From assembly GCA_051294905.1 (NCBI GenBank), contig CM119372.1, positions 36,644,001-36,708,000 on the forward strand: a stretch of DNA of 64,000 nucleotides. The letters are read 5' to 3'. The first letter of the stretch is position 1; the number at the start of each line of letters is the position of its first letter. The notes under the pieces were generated by a model. That model saw nothing but the letters and a program-made list of their open reading frames with translations. It was not told the origin of the DNA and ran no database searches. This document shows positions 1 to 12,588 of the stretch, piece after piece. Both the position numbers and the translations under genes were made by a program. This DNA is from Botryllus schlosseri. Its lineage: Eukaryota.

Positions 1-107
1 TCAAAATATCTGAATAATACGCTTCATCAAAAGCGATATGTATAAAGCAAGAGATTATTATGCAAGACCAAAAGATCCGTGTTGTAAATATCAACATAGG
101 AAGTTAA

Positions 108-1025
108 GGGGACTAGCAACCCAAAAAATCAAAGTTTTTGATTATTTTTTGTGGTAAGAAATATTGACATTGTATCTCTGATGTCACCTTATGGCCATTT
201 TTCACCCAAACAATAACTAAAAACTGCAAAATTTCTATTTTATTTTCCTTCGATGATTGTGGGGGGGGGGGTGTTTTTTTTCAAGCTCCAACCAAAAGAT
301 CGCATGTTTCGTCCGATGACACTATAAAATATATGGTTTGACAGTTATAAAATATATCTATCTATATTATCTCCGGGTACAAATTTGTTAGATTGTTGTC
401 AGTTGGCATTCTAGCATTCTGGCACTCATTCTTATCATAACATCGGTAACACTTATTCATTGACTTTTTACGTTTCAAGTGTTTGATAGTCGTTTTATCA
501 ATTGTAAAATTTTGTTACGTTGCATCACGGCAAACCAAAACTTTGTGTGAAATATGTGTCGTAAATGCGTCACTCAAGGTTTTTTGAAAAGCTGAGATTC
601 AGACTTGTGCTATGCTAAAAGTTTTTAGTCATAGGTCTACCATGTCAAGAGGTACAGAACGTCACAGCAAACTTACAGCAAATATATGACAAAATTTGCG
701 ATTTTTTTGAATTTTTGAATTTCGAAATGAAATTTCTCCGAGGTGGGTTGCATGTAATCCTTCAAATTTTAGCATAGCACAGTACTGTCCTAGTACTTCC
801 TAAAGAAGACGTTAGATCGGAAAAAGGGCTTCACAATATCGAGATTTTGCATTCCCCGTGTCGGTGCATTTTCTGTCCTTGAAATACTAAAAAATCCACA
901 ATCTGCAAGGTAGAACGAAAATTGTTGGTTTTTTGTTTATAGCATAGCGACATCCAGCAACTGTGAAAATTTCATGGTGATGGGGGTAGCCATCCGAAAT
1001 TTAGGTTTTTTGGTTGCCAGTCCCC
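108..1025. mobile_element. Non-autonomous Kolobok-like DNA transposon (MITE)
   Basis: The TIRs are GGGGACTAGCAACC (108) and GGTTGCCAGTCCCC (ends 1025), with TTAA on both sides (104-107, 1026-1029). No credible coding sequence. A TTAA TSD with purine-purine termini fits Kolobok. Confidence 0.75.
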
Positions 1026-1669
1026 TTAAATGCAATATTGCTCTTTTTTCTGTCTTTATGATATTTGTTTGCATAATATTAACAATTTATATCGAAGTGC
1101 TCATCATGTTTACAATTCCCCATCTATTACCTCCATCTCCTGAAAATTCCCTCCTCGAGTCGCCAATTCCTTCAGTCACTGAAAATAAAGACACGAAAAT
1201 TCGAGTCAATTTCAAGGTGGCTCTGGGTGTGTGGCTGTATTATGATAGTATCAATTGGAATAGTTCCGCGAAACTCAGAGCAGTTTGTGAAATTACCAGC
1301 GTGGCCTCACGTGACGTCAGAGCTTCGTGTTCACGTTCCCATTCACACCAAACCTTTTATTGAAGTTCGTGTTTACACGATCCGGAACTATCTAGGGGTT
1401 CGCACCATCCCTATATATACATGCCACATTTCCTGAGTGGAGACTGGCTGTGATGATAGGTATTCATTTTCAAACGATCATGACTCTTCCGGGTCTCTCA
1501 CATTGATTTGCCGGGCCATATTTGGCCTAGGGGCCACAGTGTATACATTTCTTCAGTGCCCGATTACATATGGGAAGTACTGATTTTATCGATCAATTAT
1601 GGTGAGTTTACTTTACTTAGCACAGTAAAACAAGAATCAATGCATTAGCATTTAGCGTAGGCCACTCAC

Positions 1670-2332
1670 ATATAATATCGCAAATCTTTCCTTTATAGCC
1701 ATAATCGCAAATGCAAGTCTTATTGATACTTGGGATTCCGTAGATGCAAGCATTAGCCACCCCACTGCCAGATTCCTCGCTTCTACGTGAAGGGTACACG
1801 GCAGAGGTCGATGCATCCTGTGGCAGTGATCGAACAATTTCTGTAGAAATAGTCTCTGATCAATCCCACTGATGAAAAAAGTAGTTGAATTTGATGTAGG
1901 GCCTATTTCGCTATTTGTATTCACTTTGATACAAACGCACAATTAATATTTTCTTAACTCTATACAACAGTAATAATAAAAAGAGACCATCCATTTTATT
2001 CGCTTTCTGAATTCAATAAAAATCTCACACATATCTCACTATTCATATGCGTAGGCTACTTGAGATACAATACGCCCATACCAAAATCACATAGCTTTCC
2101 AGTATATCCCGGCCGGCAAATACAATCCCCTGTCTGTCCAATTAATCCATTTTCACAATAATTCTCTGCATAACTGGGGATGGTCAGAGTGACTGCGTAC
2201 CGAAACTGTAACGGAACACGATGATATAACATATACTGGCAGTCGCAGTAGAGCACAGTGACCATGCAGAAAAATCGGTAAGTTCGCACTGGGACCGCAA
2301 TGCATGAGATTAGTCTTCAGCTGGTATAGGTT
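1670..2332 (-). pseudogene. Decayed exons of a cysteine-rich extracellular protein (TSP1-like plus two EGF-like motifs)
   Basis: Exon 2332-2082 (AG..GT bounded) reads QCELTDFSAWSLCS (TSP1-like), then after a frameshift YCENGLIGQTGDCICRPGYTGKLCDF (EGF). It has an in-frame TAA near its start. Exon ~1902-1670 ends ACIYGIPSINKTCICDYGYKGKICDII followed by GTGAGT. Confidence 0.7.
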
Positions 2333-2815
2333 CTAAAGTTGTAAGACCAATAATAATTGATGAAATAGTATCCACGTTCTAGGGAAAAATTTCAATAGAA
2401 TTTCACAGGATGTTATTCGGTTACACTCTTTAGAAGCCATATCCACAGATACACTGCTACGTAACATTGACTTCGGCCGGTCATGGTTCCTGGTTAGGTA
2501 TTAGATTAATTCCCTCGACAAGACATCTAAAGGTAATTTGTGTCACAGCAGTCGCCTTACCGACAAAACAAATACTGAAAAATAGCAAATTTCACCTAAT
2601 CGTGACTAGTCCTTAATAGGCCTGCTGCACTACCTTGGTTATTATAGCGGATTGGGGTTACCATTACCATAGTTCTACTTTAAGAGGATTTATCCTCTTT
2701 TTTTTCAGGAAAATGAAAATGTCCTCCGAGGACGCCTAAATGTCCTCCTTTTTGGGGATTCGTCCTCCTTTACAGCTTTTACAGCTAGCATAAAGGACAG
2801 GTTCAACTGAATATC

Positions 2816-3060
2816 GGCGCGGGACACGAGTGGCGCAGTGCGTAAAACCACCGCGCTACGACACCAGCGGTGGTTGGTCCGAACCCATGTTTGGGCTAGT
2901 TTCTATGAGTTGGAGGTTTATCTGGGCTCCTCATCGCCGATCCCGCTGTACAAATGCATTGAAAGGCCCAGAAACGCTTTAAAAAGTCGGCAGCCGAGAC
3001 ACGAAGATGAACGCACCCAAGAGAAAATGTCTGAAGAGTGAATGCGCGTGACTGAAAGTC
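2816..3060 (+). mobile_element. tRNA-derived SINE, family A
   Basis: A-box-like TGGCGCAGTGCG and B-box-like GGTCCGAACCC, then GGAGGTTTATCTGGGCTCCTC. A second copy lies on - at ~17290-17487. The 3' limit is approximate. Confidence 0.65.
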
Positions 3061-3149
3061 GTCCAATGAAAAAGAATGCGAAAAAGTGAAAGGTACTGCT
3101 CTAAATGAATTCGAAGATACTGAACTGTACGAAATCAATGACACTAAAC

Positions 3150-4486
3150 CAGAGGTGGGCAATTATTTTCCTCCGCGGGCCACATGAGAAGTAGAAAATA
3201 CGTTGGCGGGCCGAATGAAAAATGTTAGCTATATTTTCCAGCTTATTTTAATTTAATTTCTAAATGATATTGTTAATACATGCTGCTCAGTAAATGTGTG
3301 AAAAAGTGACGGTAATTATTATATAAAAATATCTATTTGCCGTCATGATTCGAAACAATGGTAGGCCAAACATTATACATTTTACCTCTCTTTTAACCCC
3401 TATCCCCGTTCTTCTATATTAGGACTCCAAAACACTGGTTCTCGAACTTTTTTAGGCACTCCTCCCTTTATGATAGTGACAAATTTCGCGCCCCCTTATC
3501 ATGATATCACAAATTGTGAAAAAGTGCTAGCAATCTTAACGAATAGTTTGATGGCATGGTTGGTTATGGCTGTTGATGAGATAATTCGGAAATATCAAAG
3601 TCGGTTAATATACAGAGCCATACCTATCATCTAAAAGCGGGGGAGTTAATCGCGCGAAGCGCGAAAAAAATATTCATTCAACTTCGGTTTCGCGCCCACC
3701 TTCTGATGCTTGTTCGAGAATCCCTCCAATTAAATGTAGCCTATATGTAATAGTACAAAGCTCATTTATTTAGTCGCTGTCTTCCGACCAGTGTGCGTTG
3801 ATGCTGAGCGAAGCTTGCAGTTTCTCTGAAATTCACCCTCCCTTGACAGAGTGTTTCGTGTTTTCGTCATAAGACCGAATTCAATTAAAATCCTTAATCT
3901 CGGCGACATGCTCAGCGAAAACTATAAGGACGGGTTTGCCCCTGACACCAGTATGCAAATGTTTAGTGCTTTAAAGTATAAAACTTTCTTCGAATTTCAG
4001 TTTTCGGTTTTCTTTTTTTGGCATGCCCGTTCATCCGTTATGGGTGAAAGATATGATTAGTCATATATAGTAATCGCCAGCACTGATTGACTTATTGTTT
4101 TACGAATTAAGGGTTTGGAAATGTATCACTAACAATTTGAAACACATACCGTATTGTGCGTAATGTAACAATGACAACAAAGAATATTTGAGCTAAACTA
4201 TATGGAAAGAGTAATTTCTTGTTATTTTAATTGCCACTCATACTTTGCCACATTGCCTTTATTTTGAATCTGGATTATGTAAGCGAGGTACATAGGCAGC
4301 GTAATCGTGCATATTAATGGGCAGGCTTCAAAGTACACGAATTTTCTGTTCAGTTGATACAGCCTATGGTTTTAGTCATTCAAAGCGTATATTTCACGTT
4401 TTAAAGTCCAAGCAAGCTTTCGCGGGCCGCACAGAATAGCTTCGCGGGCCGCATTTGGCCCGCGGGCCGCACTTTGCCCAGGTCTG
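3150..4486. mobile_element. hAT (Buster/Charlie-like) MITE
   Basis: Termini CAGAGGTGGGCAA and TTGCCCAGGTCTG, GCGGGCC subterminal repeats, and a perfect 8-bp TSD CACTAAAC (3142-3149, 4487-4494). Confidence 0.85.
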
Positions 4487-4979
4487 CACTAAACTGTACA
4501 AATATCTATGTCGTGATGCACATCAGCCTAAAAGGCTACAAGTGTCACTGTAATACCTTGAATTATAATAATATGAACTGAAAATCAGCATAAATGACTT
4601 AGAATAGCTAATACGGACGTTCGAGCGCGCCATTCTGGAGTCGACTGAAAGTGAAAAGTGACGACCTTTTTTAGTCAACATCACAAAATCATAGTAAAAA
4701 ATGGGTAAATCGGTAGTGGAGTAAAAGTGGTGACCTTTTTTTTATTAGTCAACTCAACAAATTATCCAGTAAATATTGCACAATCGACTGTTTTAAGTTT
4801 CGATTAACTAACTTTCATGATTTGGTGAAAGTGTCCTCCTTTCCCTATTCCAAAATATGGTAACGCTATTATAGCGGCTCGCAGGCTGCTCATAACATAT
4901 ATCTGGACTTAACTTCATTCCAAGTGTTATACAACTCAACATACATCACTCTATCATAGGTTTCACTATCTATACGCAC

Positions 4980-5423
4980 GTTGCAAACGAACATAACAGT
5001 CAGCGTTTGATAGCACCGCACGATACCATAGTACGGGATCTTCGCCGAAGACTTGGGAACCATCAATTTCACCATCAAACCCGACTGCACACAAGAATGA
5101 CTTTTGACTTACTTCAGACAAAGAGTTAATGCTTCCTATTCCAGGGGGAAAGTTATTTACATCGTATGTGCGTATGATCGCGATACAATAAGAAAGAGCG
5201 GAAGAAAGGAAACATCAATCAGGTATATGAATTTGAGTACCAACCGGCCGACATGAAGTAACGAAAACAATTCTTTGAATCAGAGTGGAAGTGATTATCA
5301 AAATTCGCCTTACTCGCGTGGAGTTTGTGTTGTTCCAGATCGGTTATGAAGTATTCTTTGACCAACATTGTCCTTGATCTGTTCAATAAATCATGGCAAC
5401 AAGGAGCGTCATTTGGTTGGAAC
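4980..5423 (-). pseudogene. Two candidate upstream exons, possibly of the same decayed gene as 1670-2332
   Basis: AG/GT-bounded open segments 5423-5245 (179 nt) and 5084-4980 (105 nt, VGFDGEIDGSQVFGEDPVLWYRAVLSNADCYVRLQ). Their phases are compatible with each other and with the phase-1 acceptor at 2332. No domain recognised. Confidence 0.35.
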
Positions 5424-6845
5424 CTGATCGCAAACAAGTTTTAGTTTAGGAAAATAAAATTTCCTATTTACGGAAAATATAGCTACCTTTATCACGGTCA
5501 TAATCGACCTCCACAAACTAATTTAGGAAGGAAAGTGGATATTTTATGCTACGATCACGGGTTTTTATTTTTGATATGGCTATAAGGGGGGCGTGAAAAT
5601 TTTCACTATTATAAAGGGGGCTTGTCTAAAAAAAGTTTGAAGTAGGACAAGCTTTTGTTGCACTTAAATCGTGAAAAATGTTGTGCTTAATTTTAATGAA
5701 AGTTTTTTTCAGATTTTTTAGATATATTAGGATATCTGATACTCGAAAAGTTCAAAATTATCAGGTTGAAACGTTAGGATATTTTCCGACTGCTGCTAAC
5801 GTGTCTTGGCACATATAGTCGACCAAGAGTAAGCTCAGCAGGTATAGAGATGTTGCGAACCAAATGATTGCGCTCGACTTCTGAACGTCGACGATTTTGG
5901 GGTTGCGTTTACAAAATGACTAAGGGTGGATTGCACAGATGCCGATTGAAAAGTAATCACCGATTGCCTTAATCGGCGATAATTTAATCAGCGATCAAGG
6001 TCACCTGGTGACTCTGTGGTACAGATACGGATTCGCCTGTGAGTTATCTTATCGCGGATTACTGACGCAAATCGACGCAAATGACGTACGTTAGCAATCA
6101 GCTGTTTTCGGTCGGTGGCGATATGAACTGTGTCGTCATAAGGGAGAGATGCGCTCTTCATAGATATGAATGTTTAGTCGATGTCATGTGCGTATAGCAG
6201 CTAACTAAACTGTTGCTACTGCACAGTGTAAGGTTATGAACGTCAGAACCCGCCAGAACAAACGTTTTGAGGTTATGAAAAGAGGTATTGTAGGAATAGC
6301 GTACCAAAATCATCGTCTTATACCGGTATTGCTGTGCCAGAAACTCTACTGCAAATTTCGTATATTGCAGGACATTTATCTCATTACTCAGGGATATCTA
6401 GAACTAGATAGATACTTTCAGATATAATTTTATTTTCCGTTTATTGATGCATTAGTCATGATAGCCGCTTCACCAATGTGATTATATACAAATTGAGTTC
6501 ATACACACACATTTGCATACGATTTTGATTTCTCCAAACCTATGACAATTGGCTCTGCAGGAGTGTAGAAGTAAATTTCAGCCATTGCAAGGATCTAACT
6601 GTTGTGCAATGTGACGATGTTATCATATAATAAGTCATATGCATACATGTGCTCAAGTGCTGTAATACATTTATGTTACAATTTGCAATGCAAAGTTATC
6701 TGCTGTTACCCATTCGAGTAATCTTGTTTGTTGACAGCCAAACCCCACTTCAGTTTATCAAGAATTTGGTCAACCATAAAATTCAATACAACCTGTTTTA
6801 TAGAGAGCTACATTAATATAGTGCAATATCGACTGAGAATAACAA

Positions 6846-7052
6846 TGGATCCATACCTCGATGTTCTTGCTACCCTCCAGATGTTAGAGAGCCTAGCAGA
6901 AGAGAGAGTGCCAGTAGATTGGTCAAAGACAGAGCAAATCAATCCATTGGAATATACCCTGGAGGTTAGCGACACCGATAACGTGACGGCACAACCGAGC
7001 ACGACTTCAGCGCAGACAGATTGTTCAAAATCACTTCTCTGGAATGTCTTGA
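6846..7052 (+). pseudogene. Harbinger transposase remnant (N- and C-terminal ends joined, DDE core missing)
   Basis: MDPYLDVL...EQINPLEY resembles the N-terminal NPLE motif of HARBI1-like proteins. About 70 nt later another frame gives RRQIVQNHFS, resembling their C-terminus. Confidence 0.5.
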
Positions 7053-7477
7053 GTATTTCATCTCGTGTTTGAACACAATAACCACACATTCAATTCCTCG
7101 TCAATTATTTTTATTACGAGATCCAGTAGCCTATGCTGTAGTCAGAATTGGACAACTAGAAAATCAGCTTTTCAAAATTAGACTATGATGATAATTATGG
7201 CTGCATATTTTTACAAATTAGAATAGAATTATAGACACGGTGGTTATTTTTCAATTAAATCAGAATAGGGATTACTGAATATGTGAAAATTTGGAAATTG
7301 AATCTGCACAACTCGCTTAGTATTGTAGAGTTCTACTGTAGAATTTTCAGCAAAACCAGAAATTAAGTTAGAAATATATTGCTGGCATGTTGCACTTACT
7401 ATTCTAATTATATACAGCCAATTAACTAGTTGTCCAAGTCTGGTTTTTGTGCTATTTCGATTCGTTGGTGTATCTTC

Positions 7478-9215
7478 TCAATTTTGCAGTTCTTTTTCCA
7501 TTTCCAGTTTCTGGTACTTGATATGCATCTGTAAGTCAAAATATTTCATTCTGATATCATGCTGCTCCTTTGCCATTTCCAGGACGCTTATTTCTGAACA
7601 CCACATTTTGATCACCAACATTATAGTTAAAATAAGAATTTTTTCATCAACACACCTGGCTCTCTTTTTCGAGACAATTGGCGTTGAGCTTTTTGTGTTC
7701 TCTGTTTCATCTTGCATGTCTGAATGTAGTAATGAATAAACTGTGGGTTGCATCACCATCATTGTATGCTAACACTTACCGGTCTGGTGTTCTATCCTGA
7801 AGTCTGTCGAGGGAACTGAAGGAAGCGTCACATCACCATCAACAACGAAAGGGCAGCAATTTCATTGGCTGCAAGAAAACTATGGTTAACAACAGTTGTA
7901 TTGATTCAATAGAGTTCAAATTCAATAGAGCAATGTTAATGTCAATCAAAACAACTCGCAATGTTCTATTTGAAGTATTCGTGTAGCTATGTTAGTACCA
8001 ACACGATTCATATGGATTTCAAATTAGTACCTCAACTTACCATCGCTGTTGTGACATGAAGAACCAGCCTCTGTGTTCACATCCTCGTCGATGATGAAGG
8101 TGCAAACTGAATCTTTGGAATATGCATCTGAATAAACATTTTATTTGAAAATTTTAGTTAGAAATACATTAGAAAAGTTACTTTCAAATTATTTTTTCAC
8201 GGTTTATCTTAACCTCGCGAAACATATAGGAAGGATGGATGACTAAAATCATGACTTGACTCGAGTTGGAATAGGATGAATGGATTTGACTCGAGTCACT
8301 GCTTCAATATGACATACAGTATGAGAAATCCTGACTCGAAGTCAAATCTTCAAGTCAAGTTGCAAGCCTAACAATAATATGGCCAACGATACTGCTCAGG
8401 CACCTGCACTGCACAGTAGCAAAGCCAGACTGTTGCAAGTTAAAATTGGATGCAAGTTCCTCTGCATTGGTTGTAACATATTAAAAAAGTTTATGTCCTA
8501 AATGCACTCACCATTGTTCGTGTGACTATCGAATACGCAATCGTAGTCATACCGATGTTTCAAACATTCAATTTGAGATGGAATAAGGTCTGAAAAGTGA
8601 TAATAAATATACCAGTGCTATAAAAATCAATTGCAGATTGATCAAGGAGTGGTTCAGATTAGGAATTTGCCGAGCAGTGTTCCCCATGTGTCGTTTTCGT
8701 ATAGCTGATGACGTGCAACAGTCTCTGGATATGGTTAGTTTGTTGGGCATTACAAAAATGTTTTTCATGATCATCAAAATTTGTCTATTCAGTTCAAAAC
8801 GAGCGTGAAAACGGGAGTATGAAGCACGCAGAGAGTCACGATAAACACAGATGGAAACAATACATCTCCTACTGCGAATTTTAAAGAACTGCCAGTAAAA
8901 TTACCTATTGAAAACCTTTTCCAAGGAGTTCGTCATCTGGAGGTCTGGGCCGTTCGACGCGTCGTGATGCATATATCTTTTTTGCTTTTCGTTTCAAATT
9001 TTTCAATACATTCTGGATTTGGCCAGTTGTACGGCTGCACGCGCAGGACCAGTATTCATAGCTGCATATTTCTTACTGATTACATCTCAGGCCGCATCTT
9101 TTTGTTTTGCCATCACACATCAGTCTTTTTGTCTTCCTTGGTTTCAAAATATTCTTCTATCAATTCAATTATTCTAAACTTTTCCTGTCTGTTGCAATTT
9201 TCCGTCCTCGTATTT
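7478..9215 (-). pseudogene. Harbinger-associated Myb/SANT-like DNA-binding protein, disrupted
   Basis: At ~9215-9020: RTENCNRQEKFRIIELIEEYFETKEDKKTD / (frameshift) KQKDAA*DVISKKYAAMNTGPARAAVQL, a Myb/SANT-like pattern with the Trp codon mutated to a stop. A coiled-coil tail LEMAKEQHDIRMKYFDLQMHIKYQKLEMEKELQN lies at ~7580-7478. Confidence 0.75.
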
Positions 9216-9836
9216 TATTTCCAAAGTATACTATCGAATTCTGTACAGTGTACAGTCTGTAAAAAATGTCATACCAATAATCATAGCATAAGTTACTATC
9301 GGCTGTGGTAGGCCCACGCCGATCATATGCGCCAACAGTTGTAGTAGTGTCTGAGTACAATATTTTCAGCTAATACCGCAACTGCGCGTCAGAACATCCA
9401 GTTAACACCATCTCAATACCAAATACTAGTGTACCTATAGCCAGCCCGGACCGCAGTCAACGCGAAGCCGATTAACTTTCTAGACACCTCGCTCGGCGGA
9501 TAACATTTGGCCGATTAAAATTCACCGATTAGTGGCAGATCGGTATCTGTGCCACGGAAGCCAGCCGATTACTGACGTTTAATCGGAGATTAGGGATTAA
9601 TCGACATCTGTGCAATCCACCCTAAGTCAGCTTAATTCCGAACTACACTAGCAGAAATGTGATCAACTTAATATCATGTTCAATTATACGCAAATGACGC
9701 GTAGGTCGACCTGGCTGGCGAACAGAATAGACTCAAGCTCATAATCGCGATAAATTGGTCTTAATACGTTTTGGGGTGAATATAGCCTACTTCGCAAGCA
9801 TAGGCCAGTTACAATTAAAAACGAGAAGTGTGACAT

Positions 9837-10123
9837 TGTAGCGTACCGCTCATTGATTACTCTGGTGCCCTGATTGATCATTCTCTAATTACCCTCGCTC
9901 TATCGCTGATTATGCCTCTATAGGCTACTCGTTGCTGTTGCCAACCTTTGTGTCGCAGTCGGCTTTTAGTCACCGTCCGAGGCAGTCGCTTTTAGTAACC
10001 GTCCGAAGAACATCGCCGTCGTTTTTTAGTTGTTTTAATAAAGGACTTATGCTAACGTCTCAACGTTATCTACACCGAGCCGCGGACCAAGAAGAACGCG
10101 CGCCCACGACAGAGCACGCTATA
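9837..10123 (+). repeat. 5' LTR
   Basis: No difference from 12302-12588 found by eye. Contains AATAAA. Confidence 0.95.
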
Positions 10124-10126
10124 TTT

Positions 10127-10144
10127 TGGTGACCCCGACGTGAT
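10127..10144 (+). promoter_or_regulatory. Primer-binding site for tRNA-Trp
   Basis: TGGTGACCCCGACGTGAT, 3 nt after the 5' LTR, is the 18-nt complement of the animal tRNA-Trp 3' end (...ATCACGTCGGGGTCACCA). Confidence 0.9.
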
Positions 10145-12301
10145 TTCGCTAGCCATCCTAGCTGACGTGATTTCGCTATTCAACGTGATAGCTGACGTGA
10201 TCTTTTCGGAAATGCAGCGCGGTAGACGGAACTGCTGTAATGCCGCAAGATTGACCAGGATCAACGATGGAAAGTGATGAACTCACGGAACGCGAACACG
10301 AGTTTTGCACTGCCAAGATAGGAATCGTTAGTTTGTCTTCATGGATGCGGGATTTCAACGACATGGAATTCGGACCTTTCCACACGTAGGCCTACTTGCT
10401 TTGGTACGACGCTTCAACTCGGCGCCACTCAACGCGAATTGAACTGCTGAGCGAGCGGGATTGCTTCGATTGCTTCAGTGTCGGTTAAATTTTGATTGGG
10501 TACGCCATAGGCCCTACCGCTGATAGAAGACTCCAGAACAACTCCAATCTGCATGCAGAAGACTTCACCAAGTACAACTTCTTTTATCGATTGCAGACTT
10601 GCATGTTTGCAGCACGACGATGACATGATCGAGCCTTAGCACAGCGACTACGTACACTGAATTTTCTTCGCAACTTCATATCCGCGATCGCCCGACACCG
10701 ATATACTCGCTTTTCTACGTAGATATAGAAGCAGCTATGCTGTCTCACTACGCATTCCAACTGTAGAACGAAAGATGAGCCGAACGAAACTCTACACAAC
10801 CGACGGAACCATTATTCATGATGGGACCATGAACCGAATCGAATCACCTCGACATTGACAGAAACAGCGGAAATGCGCTCAAACGCAGATCCCCCCTTCA
10901 CTCACTCTTGTCGAGCGACGACTTGCAACTAACCTATCAACTTGATAGGTATATTCCGAATGAAAACGCTCTTCGTCTCAGTATTATGTGGCAGACGCTT
11001 CCGACTTTCTATTTTACATTACCCGCTCACGCATCCGAGAATCTACTAGACTTCCCACGGACCTTAACGACACGACTTGCGAAATATGGAGCACGACAGA
11101 GTTAATTCGTGCAACGTCAACGTGCTGGTCCAATAACGCTCGAAGTGCAATCGCAATGTAGGGATTCTCTTGATCCATTGCCAGTGTACTTGTCGAACAA
11201 TTCCGCTCCGTGATGTTAATAGACGTTCCCCTAGCAATATCTGCATATTCATTCATTTGTTCAATGTGCGTATTGACCGTTTTTCAGTCGACTCTAATGA
11301 ATTCTTATCGTTATTTTACGCCATCAGTCACGACTAGACGTTACATATCCCGAAACTGTTGTAAGGTTGATCATCACGTGATATGATATTACTAACTTCG
11401 ATTTATGTTAGCGAATTATGACGTCATCTCTTACGCCCAAAAGCTTTCGCAGCCCATACCTACTTGCGTACCGTATAGGATTAAACAACGCTTGTAGTCG
11501 CGCAATTCTAAAAAATCGCACTCACCGGTTACTCAAACTATACTTTTTCGCCATCGAAGCTCTGTATTGTGCATGGCACTTGAATGTGTTGCCTCGCCAT
11601 TTAGTGAATCCCTCTTGTAGTATTATTCACGATTCACTGCGATTGTACCGGCTGCACTAGTAAATCCAAACGCTCTTTTTCTGGGTTGTGCAGATTCCAG
11701 ATAACTTTCATTCGACTTGAAAATCACATGTCCCAAACGATTATACAATTACGCACACGTGCATTGAAATGTACATCACTCGATCCAGTTTATTCTGTCC
11801 ACATCAAGTTTTGATCCGCACTGAAATATTTTTTCACAATTCGAACGAATAACTGTCCGCATGACGTCTCAACCGATTGGCTTTGAATATGCCAGTGGCC
11901 GTATTATTCGTACCCCACGTCACTTGAATGATTTGTGTTGTCACCAGTAATTAAGATGGAAAATTACCGTTATACTCTTCGTCTTTTCCGTCATCACTTG
12001 TATTAGTTACGTTGAAGGCTTATTAATCTCTTCGTATGTCATTGTCATAAATGTCCATTATTGAGCCTTTCACACTGCAAAGTGCATATTTGTCGCTAAA
12101 CGCATCATTTTGTCGTTCATAGCTTTGCCACCACACCCACCTCGCTTTCGTTAGTTGTTAGAACATTAGTATTGTATTCGTGTCCGAATCTTAATCTGTA
12201 ACCACTACCGTGTCATATTTGTAGAGTACTTCACTTAGTAGTTAAATCGCTGTGTCTAGTTTCTATAATATCCTAAAGCTTTTACCAACCAGGGGGGCCC
12301 T

Positions 12302-12588
12302 TGTAGCGTACCGCTCATTGATTACTCTGGTGCCCTGATTGATCATTCTCTAATTACCCTCGCTCTATCGCTGATTATGCCTCTATAGGCTACTCGTTGC
12401 TGTTGCCAACCTTTGTGTCGCAGTCGGCTTTTAGTCACCGTCCGAGGCAGTCGCTTTTAGTAACCGTCCGAAGAACATCGCCGTCGTTTTTTAGTTGTTT
12501 TAATAAAGGACTTATGCTAACGTCTCAACGTTATCTACACCGAGCCGCGGACCAAGAAGAACGCGCGCCCACGACAGAGCACGCTATA
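12302..12588 (+). repeat. 3' LTR
   Basis: Direct repeat of 9837-10123, preceded by the purine tract and followed by the ACAT TSD. Confidence 0.95.

Larger units (their letters stand above)
2653..4868. mobile_element. hAT-type MITE (GGTTACCAT termini, GTCCTC subterminal repeats) hosting a SINE and another MITE
   Basis: Left end GGGGTTACCAT, right end ATGGTAACGCTA. TTATAGCG occurs on both flanks (2642-2649, 4869-4876), with a few extra bases on the left. Related to 54386-54842. Confidence 0.6.
5924..9622. mobile_element. PIF/Harbinger DNA transposon, internally deleted
   Basis: TIRs GGGTGGATTGCACAGATG / CATCTGTGCAATCCACCC with a 3-bp TAA TSD (5921-5923, 9623-9625). Carries convergent transposase and Myb/SANT-like remnants. 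Confidence 0.9.
9837..12588 (+). mobile_element. Non-autonomous Gypsy/Ty3-derived LTR retrotransposon
   Basis: Direct 287-bp LTRs at 9837-10123 and 12302-12588 (TGTAGCGT...ACGCTATA) with a 4-bp TSD ACAT (9833-9836, 12589-12592). PBS at 10127-10144 and purine tract AGGGGGG at 12291-12297. No long ORF; degenerate integrase C-terminal motifs at ~11700-11930. Confidence 0.95.

Noticed and set aside
2816..2900. Functional tRNA genes here and at 17410-17487, 52977-53040 and 63420-63487
   Set aside because: A/B boxes are present but there is no intact cloverleaf, and each runs into a shared SINE body.
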